A stretch of DNA of 64,000 nt from Gemmatimonadota bacterium (GCA_039586365.1 JBDHKN010000002.1:1-64000), one strand, 5' to 3'. Counted from the stretch's first letter, positions 1 to 10,499 are shown. The notes: generated by a model from the sequence alone, not told the origin. Made by a program: numbers and translations.

Positions 1-125
<125 letters not shown>

Positions 126-240
126 CTAGTGAGTTGAAGATCCATTGTCTACGCTGACTATGTCGGCGACCAGCCGTCAGCAATCGGCAATCAGCCTTGA
201 TCCGCTCAGAGCGGAAGGTTGATAGCCACTCTCCCCACCA

Positions 241-313
<73 letters not shown>

Positions 314-319
314 AACAAG

Positions 320-393
320 AGCGGGCGACGGGGCTCGAACCCGCGACCCTCAGCTTGGAAGGCTGATGCTCTACCAGTCTGAGCTACGCCCGC
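320..393 (-). tRNA. tRNA-Gly(TCC)
   Basis: GCGGGCGTAGCTCAG...CTTCCAA...GGTTCGAGCCC...GCCCGCT cloverleaf. Confidence 0.95.
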
Positions 394-456
394 GGCTCTA
401 GCGACTGACTGTCAGCTCTCAGCGAACAGCTATCAGCTATCAGCTGACAGCTCTCA

Positions 457-539
457 TGGTGGGGGAAGGATTCGAACCTTCGTAGGCGTTCGCCGGCAGA
501 TTTACAGTCTGCTCCCTTTAGCCACTCGGGCACCCCACC
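457..539 (-). tRNA. tRNA-Tyr(GTA)
   Basis: GGTGGGGTGCCCGAGTGGCTAAAGGG...CTGTAAA, long variable arm, GGTTCGAATCC. Confidence 0.95.
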
Positions 540-643
540 ATTGCCCGTATTCGTCCCACCCAAACAGACCACCCCGCACAAACAGTCGGGGTGGACACCT
601 ATCGTGCAGGGACGGTCGTCGCTCCCTACCTCCGGGATTTTGA

Positions 644-719
644 TGGAGCTGACGAAGGGACTCGAACCCTTAACCTGCTGATTACAAATCAGCTGCTCTG
701 CCAATTGAGCTACGTCAGC
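644..719 (-). tRNA. tRNA-Thr(TGT)
   Basis: GCTGACGTAGCTCAATTGGCAGAGC...TTTGTAA...GGTTCGAGTCCC...GTCAGCTCCA. Confidence 0.95.
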
Positions 720-745
720 TTGAGGCCGAATTCTCCAAGCCTCTA

Positions 746-774
746 AGCATAATGGCGGGGGTATATACAGTCAA
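746..774 (-). promoter_or_regulatory. sigma70-type promoter of the tRNA-tuf operon
   Basis: TTGACT-N17-TATGCT about 27 nt upstream of the first tRNA. Confidence 0.7.
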
Positions 775-810
775 CTGCCTATATGGCTGCAACTTGGCTC
801 AACCCTGTTG

Positions 811-2247
811 TTACCCGGCTCGAATCTTCCAGCGAGTGCCCTCCGGGGTGTCTTCCAGCTCCACCGCTTGCTCAGCCAGCTCCGCTCTGATTCTGTCCGC
901 CAGGATGTAATCCCGACTGACCCGAGCGGCTTGCCGGGCGGCGATCCGTTCCTCCACCCAGGCGCGGAGAGCTGAGTCAACATCGACTGAAGTGGGCAGC
1001 AAATCCAAAACCTCGATCGTTCGGTCCAATACCGCCAGTGCGGACCCGGCCTCAGCCGCGCTCCAGCCCCCGCGATCTAGCTCACGGTTGGCCTCCCGGA
1101 CAAACGAGAAGACGGCAGCTACTGCTTGAGGCGCGTTCAGATCTTCATCCATGCTGGCGCGGAACTCTGCGGCAAGCCCGGAGGCAGCCGGCACCAAATC
1201 CCCCTCACCGGCATCAGCGCCTGCCACCCCAGCGAGCCGCTCCCTAAACTCTCCGAGACGCCTCACTCCCTCAGTGGCGGCGCCGAGAGCCTCGTCGGTG
1301 AAGCTGAGTTGCTGCCGATAGTGCGTCGAGTAGCAAAGCAGCCTGACTGCCGCCGCATCGATCCCTTCCTCCCGGAGGTCTCGCGCCGTTAGTGTGTTGC
1401 CGAATCGCTTCGACATCTTAGTCCCACCAATCGTAAGAAACTCACCGTGCATCCAATAGCGGGCGAACGGCTGTCCGGTTGCTCCCTCCGACTGGGCGAT
1501 CTCGTTTTCGTGGTGAGGAAAGACGAGGTCTATGCCGCCGGCATGGATATCGAGGGTCGCCACACCATAGCGTCGTTGAATCTCGGACAGGGCGATTGCA
1601 GAGCACTCAAGGTGCCATCCCGGCCGACCTCTACCGAACGGAGCTTCCCAGCTTGCACCGACCGCCTCGTCCGGTCCCGAGACGGCTTTCCAGAGCGCGA
1701 AGTCACGGACATCTTCCTTGCTGTAATCATCGCTCGCAATGCGTGACCCTGCCTTGAGTTCCCGCCTCTCCACCTGAGACAGTCGACCATAGCCTTCGAA
1801 TCGGTCCACAGCGAAGTAGACCGATCCGTCCTCACTACGATAGGCCAAACCCCGGTCCAACAGCACGCTAACAAGCTCTATCATCGCATCGATAGACCCG
1901 GTCGCTCTCGGGTAGGTGTTGGCCGGCTTGACACGCAAGTACTCGCAGTCTGCGAAGAACGCCTCGACGTAACCCCTGGTGTGCTCCTCCAGGCGCAGAT
2001 CCGCCTCTGCAGCGGCCAGGATCGTTCGATCGTCCACGTCCGTCAGATTCATGATCTGGAACACCTCATACCCAAGGAACTCCAGATAGCGACGCAGCAG
2101 GTCCTCAAACAAAAAGGTGCGGAAGTTACCGATATGAGCGTAGTTCCAGACCGTAGGGCCACACGTATACATGGTCACCCGGCCCGAGTGAAGGGGCTCA
2201 AATGGCTCTATCCGGCGCGAGAGTGTGTTGTAGATCCTAAGTCCCAT
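811..2247 (-). CDS. cysS: Cysteine--tRNA ligase
   Basis: YTCGPTV, HIGN, GRPGWHLECS, FPHHENE and KMSK motifs; start taken at MGLRIYNT. Confidence 0.97.
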   Translation of the reverse strand: MGLRIYNTLSRRIEPFEPLHSGRVTMYTCGPTVWNYAHIGNFRTFLFEDLLRRYLEFLGYEVFQIMNLTDVDDRTILAAAEADLRLEEHTRGYVEAFFADCEYLRVKPANTYPRATGSIDAMIELVSVLLDRGLAYRSEDGSVYFAVDRFEGYGRLSQVERRELKAGSRIASDDYSKEDVRDFALWKAVSGPDEAVGASWEAPFGRGRPGWHLECSAIALSEIQRRYGVATLDIHAGGIDLVFPHHENEIAQSEGATGQPFARYWMHGEFLTIGGTKMSKRFGNTLTARDLREEGIDAAAVRLLCYSTHYRQQLSFTDEALGAATEGVRRLGEFRERLAGVAGADAGEGDLVPAASGLAAEFRASMDEDLNAPQAVAAVFSFVREANRELDRGGWSAAEAGSALAVLDRTIEVLDLLPTSVDVDSALRAWVEERIAARQAARVSRDYILADRIRAELAEQAVELEDTPEGTRWKIRAG

Positions 2248-2697
2248 CGCTTGCCAAACCACTGGAGAGGGTTGTCAACTTTCGCCCTTGCGGCTGGAGC
2301 GCTCTCTCACTGCACGACTCACAGCCCCGGCTGTGCATCCGTAACCTAAGACTTTTCAACGGCTTCGGGCGAAGAAACCTAGGTTCTGTGGGCCTGCCGG
2401 TCAACGCACATCCCTCACCACCGCCTCCCCTCACAAGGCGGGGACAATTGGACTTCCAGTTGAGTAATTCAACACCGGTGTAGCAATTTTCAACATGCCG
2501 CCTAATCGATTGCAGGGTAGACATTTACCTTCACAAGCGCCGCAGTGTCATCCATCAAGTGGTGAATATTTCGACAATCGCTTCGTCCAACTGCGTGGCG
2601 ATATTCTACGTTGCATTTCCATGTTCGTGCTGCTAACCCACTACAAATAAAGGGCTTACTGCTGCCTGCAGGAACCGATGAAGGTACTGTTCACAGC

Positions 2698-2713
2698 CGG
2701 CTCGGCACTTGCC
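2698..2713 (+). promoter_or_regulatory. sigma54 (-24/-12) promoter candidate for the GcvH-like/two-component operon
   Basis: CGGCTCG-GCAC-TTGCC (GG-N10-GC) about 60 nt before the ATG at 2773; the operon encodes a GAFTGA activator. Confidence 0.6.
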
Positions 2714-2772
2714 TGTATTATGGAAGCACAAGGCCCGATCTGAGACAACGTGCAAGGTGGAGATGAGTCCCA

Positions 2773-3465
2773 ATGGTAGTCATACTAGTCATACTCACGG
2801 CCGCAACGATTCTGACGCTCGAGTGGTACCTGAGCCACCGTCGCCAGCTAGCGGCGCAGGTAGTCCGAGCACGCAGCCCGATGCCGGCAGGTCGCGACAA
2901 GTCGGGGGTACTGTCGCTCGAGGGTTTTCTTTTCCACCCCGGTCACACGTGGGTCCGGGTCCACGAGGATGGACTCGCATCCGTCGGCGTCACAGATTTC
3001 GCCGCAAACTTCGCTGGCGATGTCTGCGGGATCGAACTGCCGAACGAAGGTGACCGACTCCAGCAAGGCCAACCAGCCTGGACTCTGGTCTCGGCCAGGA
3101 AACGGCACTTGCAGCAGCTGATGCCTATAGACGGCCGTGTCCTGGCTATAAACCGGGACCTCCTCCGGGATCCCGACCTCGCCCAGCGCGATCCCTACGA
3201 AGCCGGCTGGATCCTGCGCGTTAGACCGCGCAACCTCCCCTCCAACCTGAGTAATCTGCTACCTGCAAGGGCCGCAAGAGCCTGGATTGACGCCACTCGC
3301 GCGAGAATCGCTGCCCAGCTCAATCCTTCCTTGGGATCGTTGGCTTATGATGGCGGTGAATGGGCTGCCGGGTTCGGAGATCGAATAGAGGACCCTGAAT
3401 GGGAAGAGCTAAGACAGGATCTGTTCCCGGCAAGCGAAGTCGACCGGCAGTCAGGCCGTGAATAG
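2773..3465 (+). CDS. GcvH-like (H-protein fold) protein with N-terminal membrane anchor
   Basis: HPGHTWV, VGVTDFA, PIDGRV..IN, DPYEAGWI motifs; hydrophobic N-terminus; ESVK lipoylation signature not conserved. Confidence 0.8.
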   Translation: MVVILVILTAATILTLEWYLSHRRQLAAQVVRARSPMPAGRDKSGVLSLEGFLFHPGHTWVRVHEDGLASVGVTDFAANFAGDVCGIELPNEGDRLQQGQPAWTLVSARKRHLQQLMPIDGRVLAINRDLLRDPDLAQRDPYEAGWILRVRPRNLPSNLSNLLPARAARAWIDATRARIAAQLNPSLGSLAYDGGEWAAGFGDRIEDPEWEELRQDLFPASEVDRQSGRE

Positions 3466-3560
3466 GAGTCGGATCAGGCCAGACTCCGACTCGTCACCAC
3501 GAACACCAGGATCGAGTAGGGGTTGCAGGAGCAGGGAATGCGCGCACCTCCGAACACGCC

Positions 3561-4304
3561 ATGGACCGCCTGCCGCTAAGACCGAATAGCGCACGGCCGC
3601 CCCCAGACAATGCGCTTTCCTGCGTGTGGATGACGGCGGGGCTGGTGGCGTACAAACTGTGCGATCGCGAATACGATTGCGAGAATTGCCCACTCGATGC
3701 CGCACTGCGCGGCCCGACGTCGAACTCGCACGGGTCCACCTCCTCATCAAATCGCCAGGGCAGATGGGAGTTCCGCAAAGACCGGCAGTACCACCCTTCT
3801 CACAGTTGGGTCAAGGAAATCGACGAAACGCGTGTGCGAGTGGGGCTCGACGCATTCGCCGGACGGCTCCTGGATCAGATCACCTCAGTTGTACTGCCGC
3901 CCATTTCCACCCGGATTCTCTGCGGAAGGCCCGCATGTTGGGTCATCGATGACGCAGAGCTGCTGCCGGTCCGAGCAGCTGTCTCCGGAACAGTACTGCA
4001 GAAGAACGGCGCCGTGCAGCACAACCCATCCCTAATCGCCCAATCCGCTTATGACGATGGTTGGCTATTGGAGGTCCAGTGCTGTGGCCCTCTCAGCGAG
4101 CAGCCGGGACTCGTATCGGCCCACCAACAACAAGAAGAGACCACTACACAATTGAGGCAGCTCGCGAAATTTGGCGCCCAGGACCCCACTGCGGACAGCA
4201 GACTCGGTCCAACAATGGCGAATGGAGGAGAGCCGATCACCAGTCTGCGCCGGTTCTTGGGGGCCAAGCGCTATCATCGTCTGATTCAACAGTTCCTCAG
4301 CTGA
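3561..4304 (+). CDS. GcvH-like protein with N-terminal Cys cluster (CxWMxAG...C-x5-CxxC)
   Basis: CVWMTAGLVAYKLCDREYDCENC followed by HSWV, VGLDAFA, VSGTV and YDDGWL; no Lys at the lipoyl position. Confidence 0.8.
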   Translation: MDRLPLRPNSARPPPDNALSCVWMTAGLVAYKLCDREYDCENCPLDAALRGPTSNSHGSTSSSNRQGRWEFRKDRQYHPSHSWVKEIDETRVRVGLDAFAGRLLDQITSVVLPPISTRILCGRPACWVIDDAELLPVRAAVSGTVLQKNGAVQHNPSLIAQSAYDDGWLLEVQCCGPLSEQPGLVSAHQQQEETTTQLRQLAKFGAQDPTADSRLGPTMANGGEPITSLRRFLGAKRYHRLIQQFLS

Positions 4305-4396
4305 ATCACGCGCATTGCTGCACTGCTGGCAGATCACTCCGAGTTTGACCATCTTCCTCACGTCGTAGGAAATGTAGCACGGCCCAACCTGCGGAG

Positions 4397-6094
4397 TTGT
4401 GCATGCAGCTGAAGTACCGAAGACGCTGGCTCGTGGAAACAGCCAGAGGCGCACTGAGTTCCCTGACCGTGCAGCTGTTCGGGCTGCTATTCGCTGTAAT
4501 CGCCGTCGCCTTTGGCGTCTACGCTCTCATCAGTGTCCAAACAATAGGGGATAACTACCAGCGGACTGTCCATGAGTCCGTTGAGCGGTTTAGCAACCTA
4601 ATCCAACGATCAACGCACTATGGGATGTTGCTCAATCGCAAGGAGGACGTCCACGAGATAATCCGGGCCATCGCGGCTGAACCTGGAGTAGAGGGCGTGC
4701 GGGTCTATGACAAGCAAGGCGTGATCATCTTCTCCGCCCGTCCCAGCGACATAGGGCACCAAGTGGATCTCCAGGCTGAGGCCTGCGTGAGTTGTCATGA
4801 TTCGGATACTCCACTGGTTTCGGTGCCCGTGGACAACAGGGCCCGGATTTTCGTCGGGCCGACGGGCAACCGGGTTCTTGGGCTAATTAACCCGATAGAG
4901 AACAGCGCGGAGTGCTACAACGCGGCCTGCCACGCCCATTCACCGAACCAGAACGTTCTGGGCGTGCTCGATGTCACCATGTCCATGGCTCAGACCGACC
5001 GGAGACTGGCAACTGTCAAGAGCCAGACAATGGTTGCGGCTGGCGTGATCACGTTGCTCGCCGGCCTGCTATCGGCCGCTTTCATCCTCTCGATGGTTAG
5101 GAAACCTGTGAAGCAACTGATAGCCGGAGCCGAGCGGGTCGCGAACGGGAACCTCGACACCGAAATCACTGTCCACAATCGCAACGAAGTGGGGCAGCTG
5201 GCGGTCGCTTTCAACAACATGACGCGGGACCTGCGAGGTGCGCAGCAAGAATTGACCACTTGGTCCGACAGACTGGAGGTGAAGCTACAAGAGAAGACCG
5301 ACGAGCTGAGTCGGACCCAGCGCCAGGTGGCACATATGGACAAGATGGCATCGCTCGGGAAGCTCGCTGCCACTGTGGCTCATGAATTGAATAATCCCTT
5401 GGCCGGCATCCTGAACTACGCCAAGCTCGTGGAGAGGAAGCTTGCTGAGGGCTCCTCGATCCCGGAAAGCGAAGAACTCGGACGCTACTTGAGTCTGATA
5501 CAGAAGGAGGCAAGCCGTACAGGCGCGATCGTTCGCGGCCTGCTAGCGTTCGCACGACCATCAGGTGCGGCAATGACCTTGCATTCACTCAACACAATTA
5601 TCGAACGGTCGGTCATGCTGGTGCATCATCACATTGAGATGGCCAACATCCAGTTAGACGCGGAGCCGATCGATTGTGATGACCACGTTCTGTGCGACGG
5701 CGACCAACTTCAACAAGCCATGGTAGCTCTGTTGGTAAATGCCGTAGAAGCGATGCCAAATGGTGGCACACTGCGGATTTCCGGTCGCTGCGGTGAGGAC
5801 TCAATCCAGCTCTGTGTTGCTGATACCGGCCTCGGCATTCCAGAGGAAGCGATTCCCCACATCTTCGAGCCTTTCTTCTCATCGAAGGAGAAAGGAACAG
5901 GAGTCGGCCTCGGCCTCGCCGTAGTCTATGGCATCGTCCGGCATCACTCCGGGCAGATTGAGGTCGACTCGGCGGTCGACCAAGGTACGACATTTAGAAT
6001 CACCCTGCCGCGGGATCCGACTCGAAACGAGAGCGCAACGGTGGCTGCTTCCAGCAGGCAGCCACCGGAGAACAGTGATTCGGTCGGCAGGTGA
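4397..6094 (+). CDS. Sensor histidine kinase with periplasmic c-type heme motifs, HAMP, HisKA and HATPase
   Basis: Two TM helices flanking CVSCH and CYNAACH; AHELNNP H-box; N, G1, F and G2 boxes. Confidence 0.93.
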   Translation: MCMQLKYRRRWLVETARGALSSLTVQLFGLLFAVIAVAFGVYALISVQTIGDNYQRTVHESVERFSNLIQRSTHYGMLLNRKEDVHEIIRAIAAEPGVEGVRVYDKQGVIIFSARPSDIGHQVDLQAEACVSCHDSDTPLVSVPVDNRARIFVGPTGNRVLGLINPIENSAECYNAACHAHSPNQNVLGVLDVTMSMAQTDRRLATVKSQTMVAAGVITLLAGLLSAAFILSMVRKPVKQLIAGAERVANGNLDTEITVHNRNEVGQLAVAFNNMTRDLRGAQQELTTWSDRLEVKLQEKTDELSRTQRQVAHMDKMASLGKLAATVAHELNNPLAGILNYAKLVERKLAEGSSIPESEELGRYLSLIQKEASRTGAIVRGLLAFARPSGAAMTLHSLNTIIERSVMLVHHHIEMANIQLDAEPIDCDDHVLCDGDQLQQAMVALLVNAVEAMPNGGTLRISGRCGEDSIQLCVADTGLGIPEEAIPHIFEPFFSSKEKGTGVGLGLAVVYGIVRHHSGQIEVDSAVDQGTTFRITLPRDPTRNESATVAASSRQPPENSDSVGR

Positions 6095-6120
6095 ACCACC
6101 GAGGGCCGAGGCAGACCACC

Positions 6121-7467
6121 ATGCGACAAGAAGCTGGTAGCATCCTGATTGTGGACGATGAATTGTCTGTACGCGACTCGCTTGAGCAGTGGTTCAGGAT
6201 GGACGGATATCGGACCGGGGGCGCTGCTGACGCCAACCAAGCGCTCGAGTTGCTCCAGGCAGGTCAGTGGGACATCGTGCTGCTCGATATCAAGATGCCG
6301 GGTATCGACGGGATGGAACTCCAGCGCCGGCTCCGTAAGATCGACCCAGACCTGATCGTCATCATGATCACTGCCTACGCGTCTGTCGAAACTGCTGTTC
6401 AGGCCCTCAAAGAGGGAGCGTTCGACTACATCACCAAGCCGATCGACCCCGACGAACTGAGCCACATTGTGAGGCGTGCCAGCGAACAGCGACGGCTGCG
6501 ATCGGAGAACGTGAGATTGAAAGAGAAGGTCGAGCAGCTCTCAACACCGAGCCAGATTGTGGGTGAAAGCCAGCAGATGGCAGAGGTGCTCGAATTAGTC
6601 CGATCAGTAGCCATGACGGACGCGACGGTTCTGATCCGTGGCGAGAGCGGGACGGGAAAAGAACTCATCGCGCAGGCGATCCATGCCAACAGCCAGAGGC
6701 GCTACTTCCCGATCGTCCCGGTCAACTGCGGAGCATTACCCGAGTCTCTGCTGGAAAGCGAGTTGTTCGGACATGAGAAGGGAGCTTTTACCGGTGCCCA
6801 GTACCGACGCAAGGGCAAACTGGAGATGGCCAACGGCGGCACTCTGTTTCTGGACGAAGTTGGCACCATACATCTGAAGACCCAAGTCGACCTTCTCAGA
6901 GTACTCGAGACCAAGGAGTTCACGAGATTGGGGGGTAGCCGGCCGACGCAGGTTGAGTTCCGAGTTGTCGCCGCCACCAATCAGAATCTCGAGAAGCTAG
7001 TGGAACAGGGAAGTTTCAGGGAAGATCTCTACTTCCGACTCAACGTCTTCACCATCTCAATACCCCCGCTGCGAGAGCGGCGCGAAGACATTCCGCTATT
7101 GGCCCAGCATTTCCTCGAGGACTATTCGCTGCAGATGAACCGGGCTTTCTCGGACTTCCATCCCAAGGCTATGGACCTGCTTGTTCGTTACGGCTGGCCG
7201 GGGAATGTGCGTGAGCTTGCCAACGCAGTCGAAAGAGCACTTGTCGTGGGTAAACCTCCCACTGTCCACGCCCAAGACCTTCCGCTGCAGTTGAGCGAGA
7301 GCACCGCGATCGGAGTTGGGGAATCGTTGGCGGACGTGGAACGAGCACACGTCGAACAGATACTGGACCGCACCGGCTGGAACATAACCAGGGCGGCGGA
7401 GATTCTGAAGATCGATCGAGCAACACTGTACAACAAGATCAAGAAGTACGGCCTGCAGCACCGGTAG
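6121..7467 (+). CDS. NtrC-family sigma54-dependent response regulator
   Basis: Receiver domain (VDDE, DIKMP), GESGTGKE, GAFTGA, Fis-type HTH. Confidence 0.96.
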   Translation: MRQEAGSILIVDDELSVRDSLEQWFRMDGYRTGGAADANQALELLQAGQWDIVLLDIKMPGIDGMELQRRLRKIDPDLIVIMITAYASVETAVQALKEGAFDYITKPIDPDELSHIVRRASEQRRLRSENVRLKEKVEQLSTPSQIVGESQQMAEVLELVRSVAMTDATVLIRGESGTGKELIAQAIHANSQRRYFPIVPVNCGALPESLLESELFGHEKGAFTGAQYRRKGKLEMANGGTLFLDEVGTIHLKTQVDLLRVLETKEFTRLGGSRPTQVEFRVVAATNQNLEKLVEQGSFREDLYFRLNVFTISIPPLRERREDIPLLAQHFLEDYSLQMNRAFSDFHPKAMDLLVRYGWPGNVRELANAVERALVVGKPPTVHAQDLPLQLSESTAIGVGESLADVERAHVEQILDRTGWNITRAAEILKIDRATLYNKIKKYGLQHR

Positions 7468-7473
7468 GCAGCG

Positions 7474-8010
7474 GTGTCCGGACTCCACCTAGTGCCGATC
7501 TACTTAGCCGATCGACACCGCATATTGGACCGACTGGGCGTCGCGCTGGAGCGCACCTTCCTGACGACGGTCCGCATTCGCAAGCCCTGGTTTGACCCAG
7601 AGGTGTCGTTCGACAAATCTCGTGGACAATACAACTCCAGCGCGTTGCTGAAGCTGCTCCTCGATGATCCGGCATACTCGGGTGGGAAGGTGCTGGGTGT
7701 GGTTGGTGTGGACCTGTTTGCTCCCGTCCTCACATACGTATTTGGAGAGGCTCAGCTCGACGGGCGCGCGTCTGTTGTCTCGCTCCACCGCCTGCGCCCT
7801 GAAGTCTACGGACTAACGGCCGACGATCATCTACTCTTCACGCGTTTACTAAAGGAGTCAACACACGAGTTGGGACACTGCTTCGGTCTACTCCACTGCG
7901 CCGAGCCAGCTTGTGTCATGCATGCGTCAACGTACGTCGAAGAGATTGATGTCAAATCCGAATGGTTCTGCAAGTCCTGCCAGACTACAGTACGGAGTAC
8001 CGCTGGATGA
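7474..8010 (+). CDS. Archaemetzincin-family Zn protease (M54)
   Basis: HELGHCFGLLHC...CVM...FCKSC; RGQYNS and YVFGEA motifs. Confidence 0.9.
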   Translation: MSGLHLVPIYLADRHRILDRLGVALERTFLTTVRIRKPWFDPEVSFDKSRGQYNSSALLKLLLDDPAYSGGKVLGVVGVDLFAPVLTYVFGEAQLDGRASVVSLHRLRPEVYGLTADDHLLFTRLLKESTHELGHCFGLLHCAEPACVMHASTYVEEIDVKSEWFCKSCQTTVRSTAG

Positions 8011-8032
8011 GACCAGCAGTGCCCGGGTAACC

Positions 8033-8773
8033 CTACGGCCTTCCCAGCACTGCCGACAACACCATCGGGCCCAAGATCCAGGTGACGATGCCGCCAACGG
8101 CAAGGCTCACGACTGGCATCCCGATGTGCCACACCTGAAACCGCTCTCCGTCGAGTACCCTCAGGCCGAGGGCCCACAGCGCAACACACCAGAGGCTGAC
8201 CAAGTTCACGCGGGCGTCGAGGATCTCTATCCATGCCGGAGCTCGAGACTCAGAAGTCCACAAGAGCAGCGGCCCTGTGTTGAACCGGTTGGCGAGCTCG
8301 ATGGCCAGGCCCGGCGCTGGATCGGGACCAACGTTAGTACTGTAGGTCATGACCAGCTCGCCGACTTGCTGGACGAGCAACGGAGCCAACCCCAAGACGG
8401 CCAGTGTCAACAGTGTCTCGCGACAATCTCGTGAGGCAGCCAGTATCGGCTCAGCAAGGAGCACCAGGAGTGTGGCGGCCAATACCAGGGTTGGAGACGG
8501 TACCAACCGCTCGGCTATTATCAAGCGCGTGAGCCCATCCTGCATAGCGGCATAATGAACATCCACCTCACTCACCCCAGTGGATGCCAATGCCAGGTGC
8601 AGCACTGAAAGCTGGCGGGGTAGCGTTGCAGCTCCAAAGACAACGAGCAGTGCTGTTGCCGTAAGCAGAATACCCGCAAAATTGGGACGCCGAACCATAG
8701 ACTCGACTGTGCCAAGTGGATCCACGAGTATCGTGACGAAGCGACACCTCAGCAAAGGGCGAATCTTATTCAC
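8033..8773 (-). CDS. Multi-pass membrane protein, Yip1-like
   Basis: ILVDPLGTVESM start pattern with about 5 TM segments; GTG start overlaps the stop of the ABC ATPase; start uncertain. Confidence 0.55.
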   Translation of the reverse strand: MNKIRPLLRCRFVTILVDPLGTVESMVRRPNFAGILLTATALLVVFGAATLPRQLSVLHLALASTGVSEVDVHYAAMQDGLTRLIIAERLVPSPTLVLAATLLVLLAEPILAASRDCRETLLTLAVLGLAPLLVQQVGELVMTYSTNVGPDPAPGLAIELANRFNTGPLLLWTSESRAPAWIEILDARVNLVSLWCVALWALGLRVLDGERFQVWHIGMPVVSLAVGGIVTWILGPMVLSAVLGRP

Positions 8774-9692
8774 GGTTTCCTCCAAGACGACTTGCGGCTT
8801 CATGCAGGATGTCCTCCAGAGCTCTGTATCGTACGCGCGACGCAGAGACAGCAACGCGGCACGTCCGGCAGGTGGCAAGAACCTTTTCAACCGTCAAGCC
8901 GCCGGTGAGTGGTACAGCCACCCCCTCTGCGGTCTGAACCGAACCGGGGAATCTCTCGATAAGCCGCTCCGTGCTCACCGATGTCGAGGAGTTGAGCGAC
9001 AGCTCCGCGACCCGTTCGGTCAGCAATTGGGCGAGCCTCACGTCTGCTACCAGGCGGCCCTGCCACAGGAGCAACACGCGTGTGGCGAGCTTCTCCAATG
9101 TGGCAAGATCGTGTGAGGCAATCATCACAATTCTCCCAGAGGCTGCCAGTTTCGATATGTGCAGCCTCAACCGACTGGCCACCAAAGGATCAGCACCGGT
9201 GAGTACCTCGTCGAGAACCAGCACCGCGCTTCCCGTGACCGCAGCCCCGGCCAGAGCCAACCTTTGAACCATGCCGCGTGAGTAGTCTGCAATACGCCGC
9301 CCACCGAATGCTTCCAAAGCGGCCAACTCGACAGCCCACTGAACCAGAGTCGTTCTTCCTTCGGGGTGATCGGACCTGTGGCTTGCGAGGTATTCAAGCC
9401 ACTCAACACCAGTCAGTTCGGACGGCAATACGGGAGGATCTGCAGCGTACCCCACCAGACGCCTCGCGGCACGTGTGCCAACATGATGTCCGGCAACCAT
9501 CGCCGCGCCGGAACCCAACGGGAGGTCGCCAGCAATCAGCCTCAGTAACGTCGTCTTGCCAGCTCCATTAGGTCCCACCAGCCCGACTATCTCTCCGCCA
9601 CTGACTCGGAAAGAGCAAGGGTGCAGAGCAACCCGACCACGCCTGCCAGCGCCGAAGGACCGAGCTGCCCTATGCACGACAAGCGTGATCAC
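8766..9692 (-). CDS. ABC transporter ATP-binding protein
   Basis: GPNGAGKTT, YSRGMVQR, VLVLDE, SH; GTGA overlap with the upstream stop. Confidence 0.9.
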   Translation of the reverse strand: MITLVVHRAARSFGAGRRGRVALHPCSFRVSGGEIVGLVGPNGAGKTTLLRLIAGDLPLGSGAAMVAGHHVGTRAARRLVGYAADPPVLPSELTGVEWLEYLASHRSDHPEGRTTLVQWAVELAALEAFGGRRIADYSRGMVQRLALAGAAVTGSAVLVLDEVLTGADPLVASRLRLHISKLAASGRIVMIASHDLATLEKLATRVLLLWQGRLVADVRLAQLLTERVAELSLNSSTSVSTERLIERFPGSVQTAEGVAVPLTGGLTVEKVLATCRTCRVAVSASRVRYRALEDILHEAASRLGGNRE

Positions 9693-10423
9693 GGCAAGAT
9701 CTCCACAGGTGGGCGTTGCGCCCGATGCACCGACCCAATTGCCCAAGCAGCCCCGCCGACGCCCAGCAGCAGCCAGGTGAGCAATACCAAGGAGTCGGAG
9801 TATCCTGGCTGTGCGACGAGGCGCGCTGCCCTCCAGTTGAGAGGCAGCAGGTTCCAGAGGAGTACCGCCGGGCCCTGAACCACAGGCCATTTCGCTAGCG
9901 CCACGTGAACCGCCGATGGAGGGATACCGCCGAGCCACGTCCCCGCTAGTCCGAGGGTAGCTGCGGCCGACGAGCCAAGGATTGGGGCGCAGCCGAGCAC
10001 GCAGGATGTGGTGACCGCGGTGTAAACAAGTGCCACGATCGCCAGACTGCACAATCCGCTCAGCGAGGATACCGGCGCTCCAAGCACCAACACACCTACA
10101 CATACCAGGGGAAGTGTGACCAGTAGTGAACCGATGGTGCGACCAACTGGAACCATCCACCACGGTCCGGCCACCCGGTATGCACACGTCAGAGCTCCGC
10201 CTGGCGCCACCAGCCTAGAGCCAGCCACGGCGGCAAGCGTACCCGCAATCAGCAGCACCGTTCTCGAATCTGGGGGCAGCGTCGCATCCGCTTTGGATCG
10301 CAGGAGCCGGAGTGCCGTCACGACCAGCACCAGGAATCCGGCTAAGCGCGGCGTGCGATGCCGCAGCACCAGTTGTGAGGCCAGCACAGCCTCGGCCTTG
10401 GTCGCCAGAACGGTGGCAGTCAT
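9689..10423 (-). CDS. Hydrophobic membrane protein, probable ABC-2-type permease
   Basis: About 6 TM segments, coupled to the ABC ATPase. Confidence 0.6.
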   Translation of the reverse strand: MTATVLATKAEAVLASQLVLRHRTPRLAGFLVLVVTALRLLRSKADATLPPDSRTVLLIAGTLAAVAGSRLVAPGGALTCAYRVAGPWWMVPVGRTIGSLLVTLPLVCVGVLVLGAPVSSLSGLCSLAIVALVYTAVTTSCVLGCAPILGSSAAATLGLAGTWLGGIPPSAVHVALAKWPVVQGPAVLLWNLLPLNWRAARLVAQPGYSDSLVLLTWLLLGVGGAAWAIGSVHRAQRPPVEILP

Positions 10424-10499
10424 CGCGGCCAAGCGGCGGGGAGCCGTGTGCTCCCCGCCACCGCCTGATCGGCCACGTTGTGTTGCGCAAGAGCCGAGT

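Noticed and set aside
384..704. 106-aa ORF over the tRNA cluster
   Set aside because: Shadow translation of the tRNA genes.
2773..4304. Calling these genes gcvH of a glycine cleavage system
   Set aside because: No gcvT or gcvP nearby, lipoylation signature degenerate, extra TM and Cys domains.
9693..10187. Long N-terminal extension of the ABC ATPase in the ORF track
   Set aside because: Overlaps the upstream permease in another frame; a GTG start at 9692 fits better.
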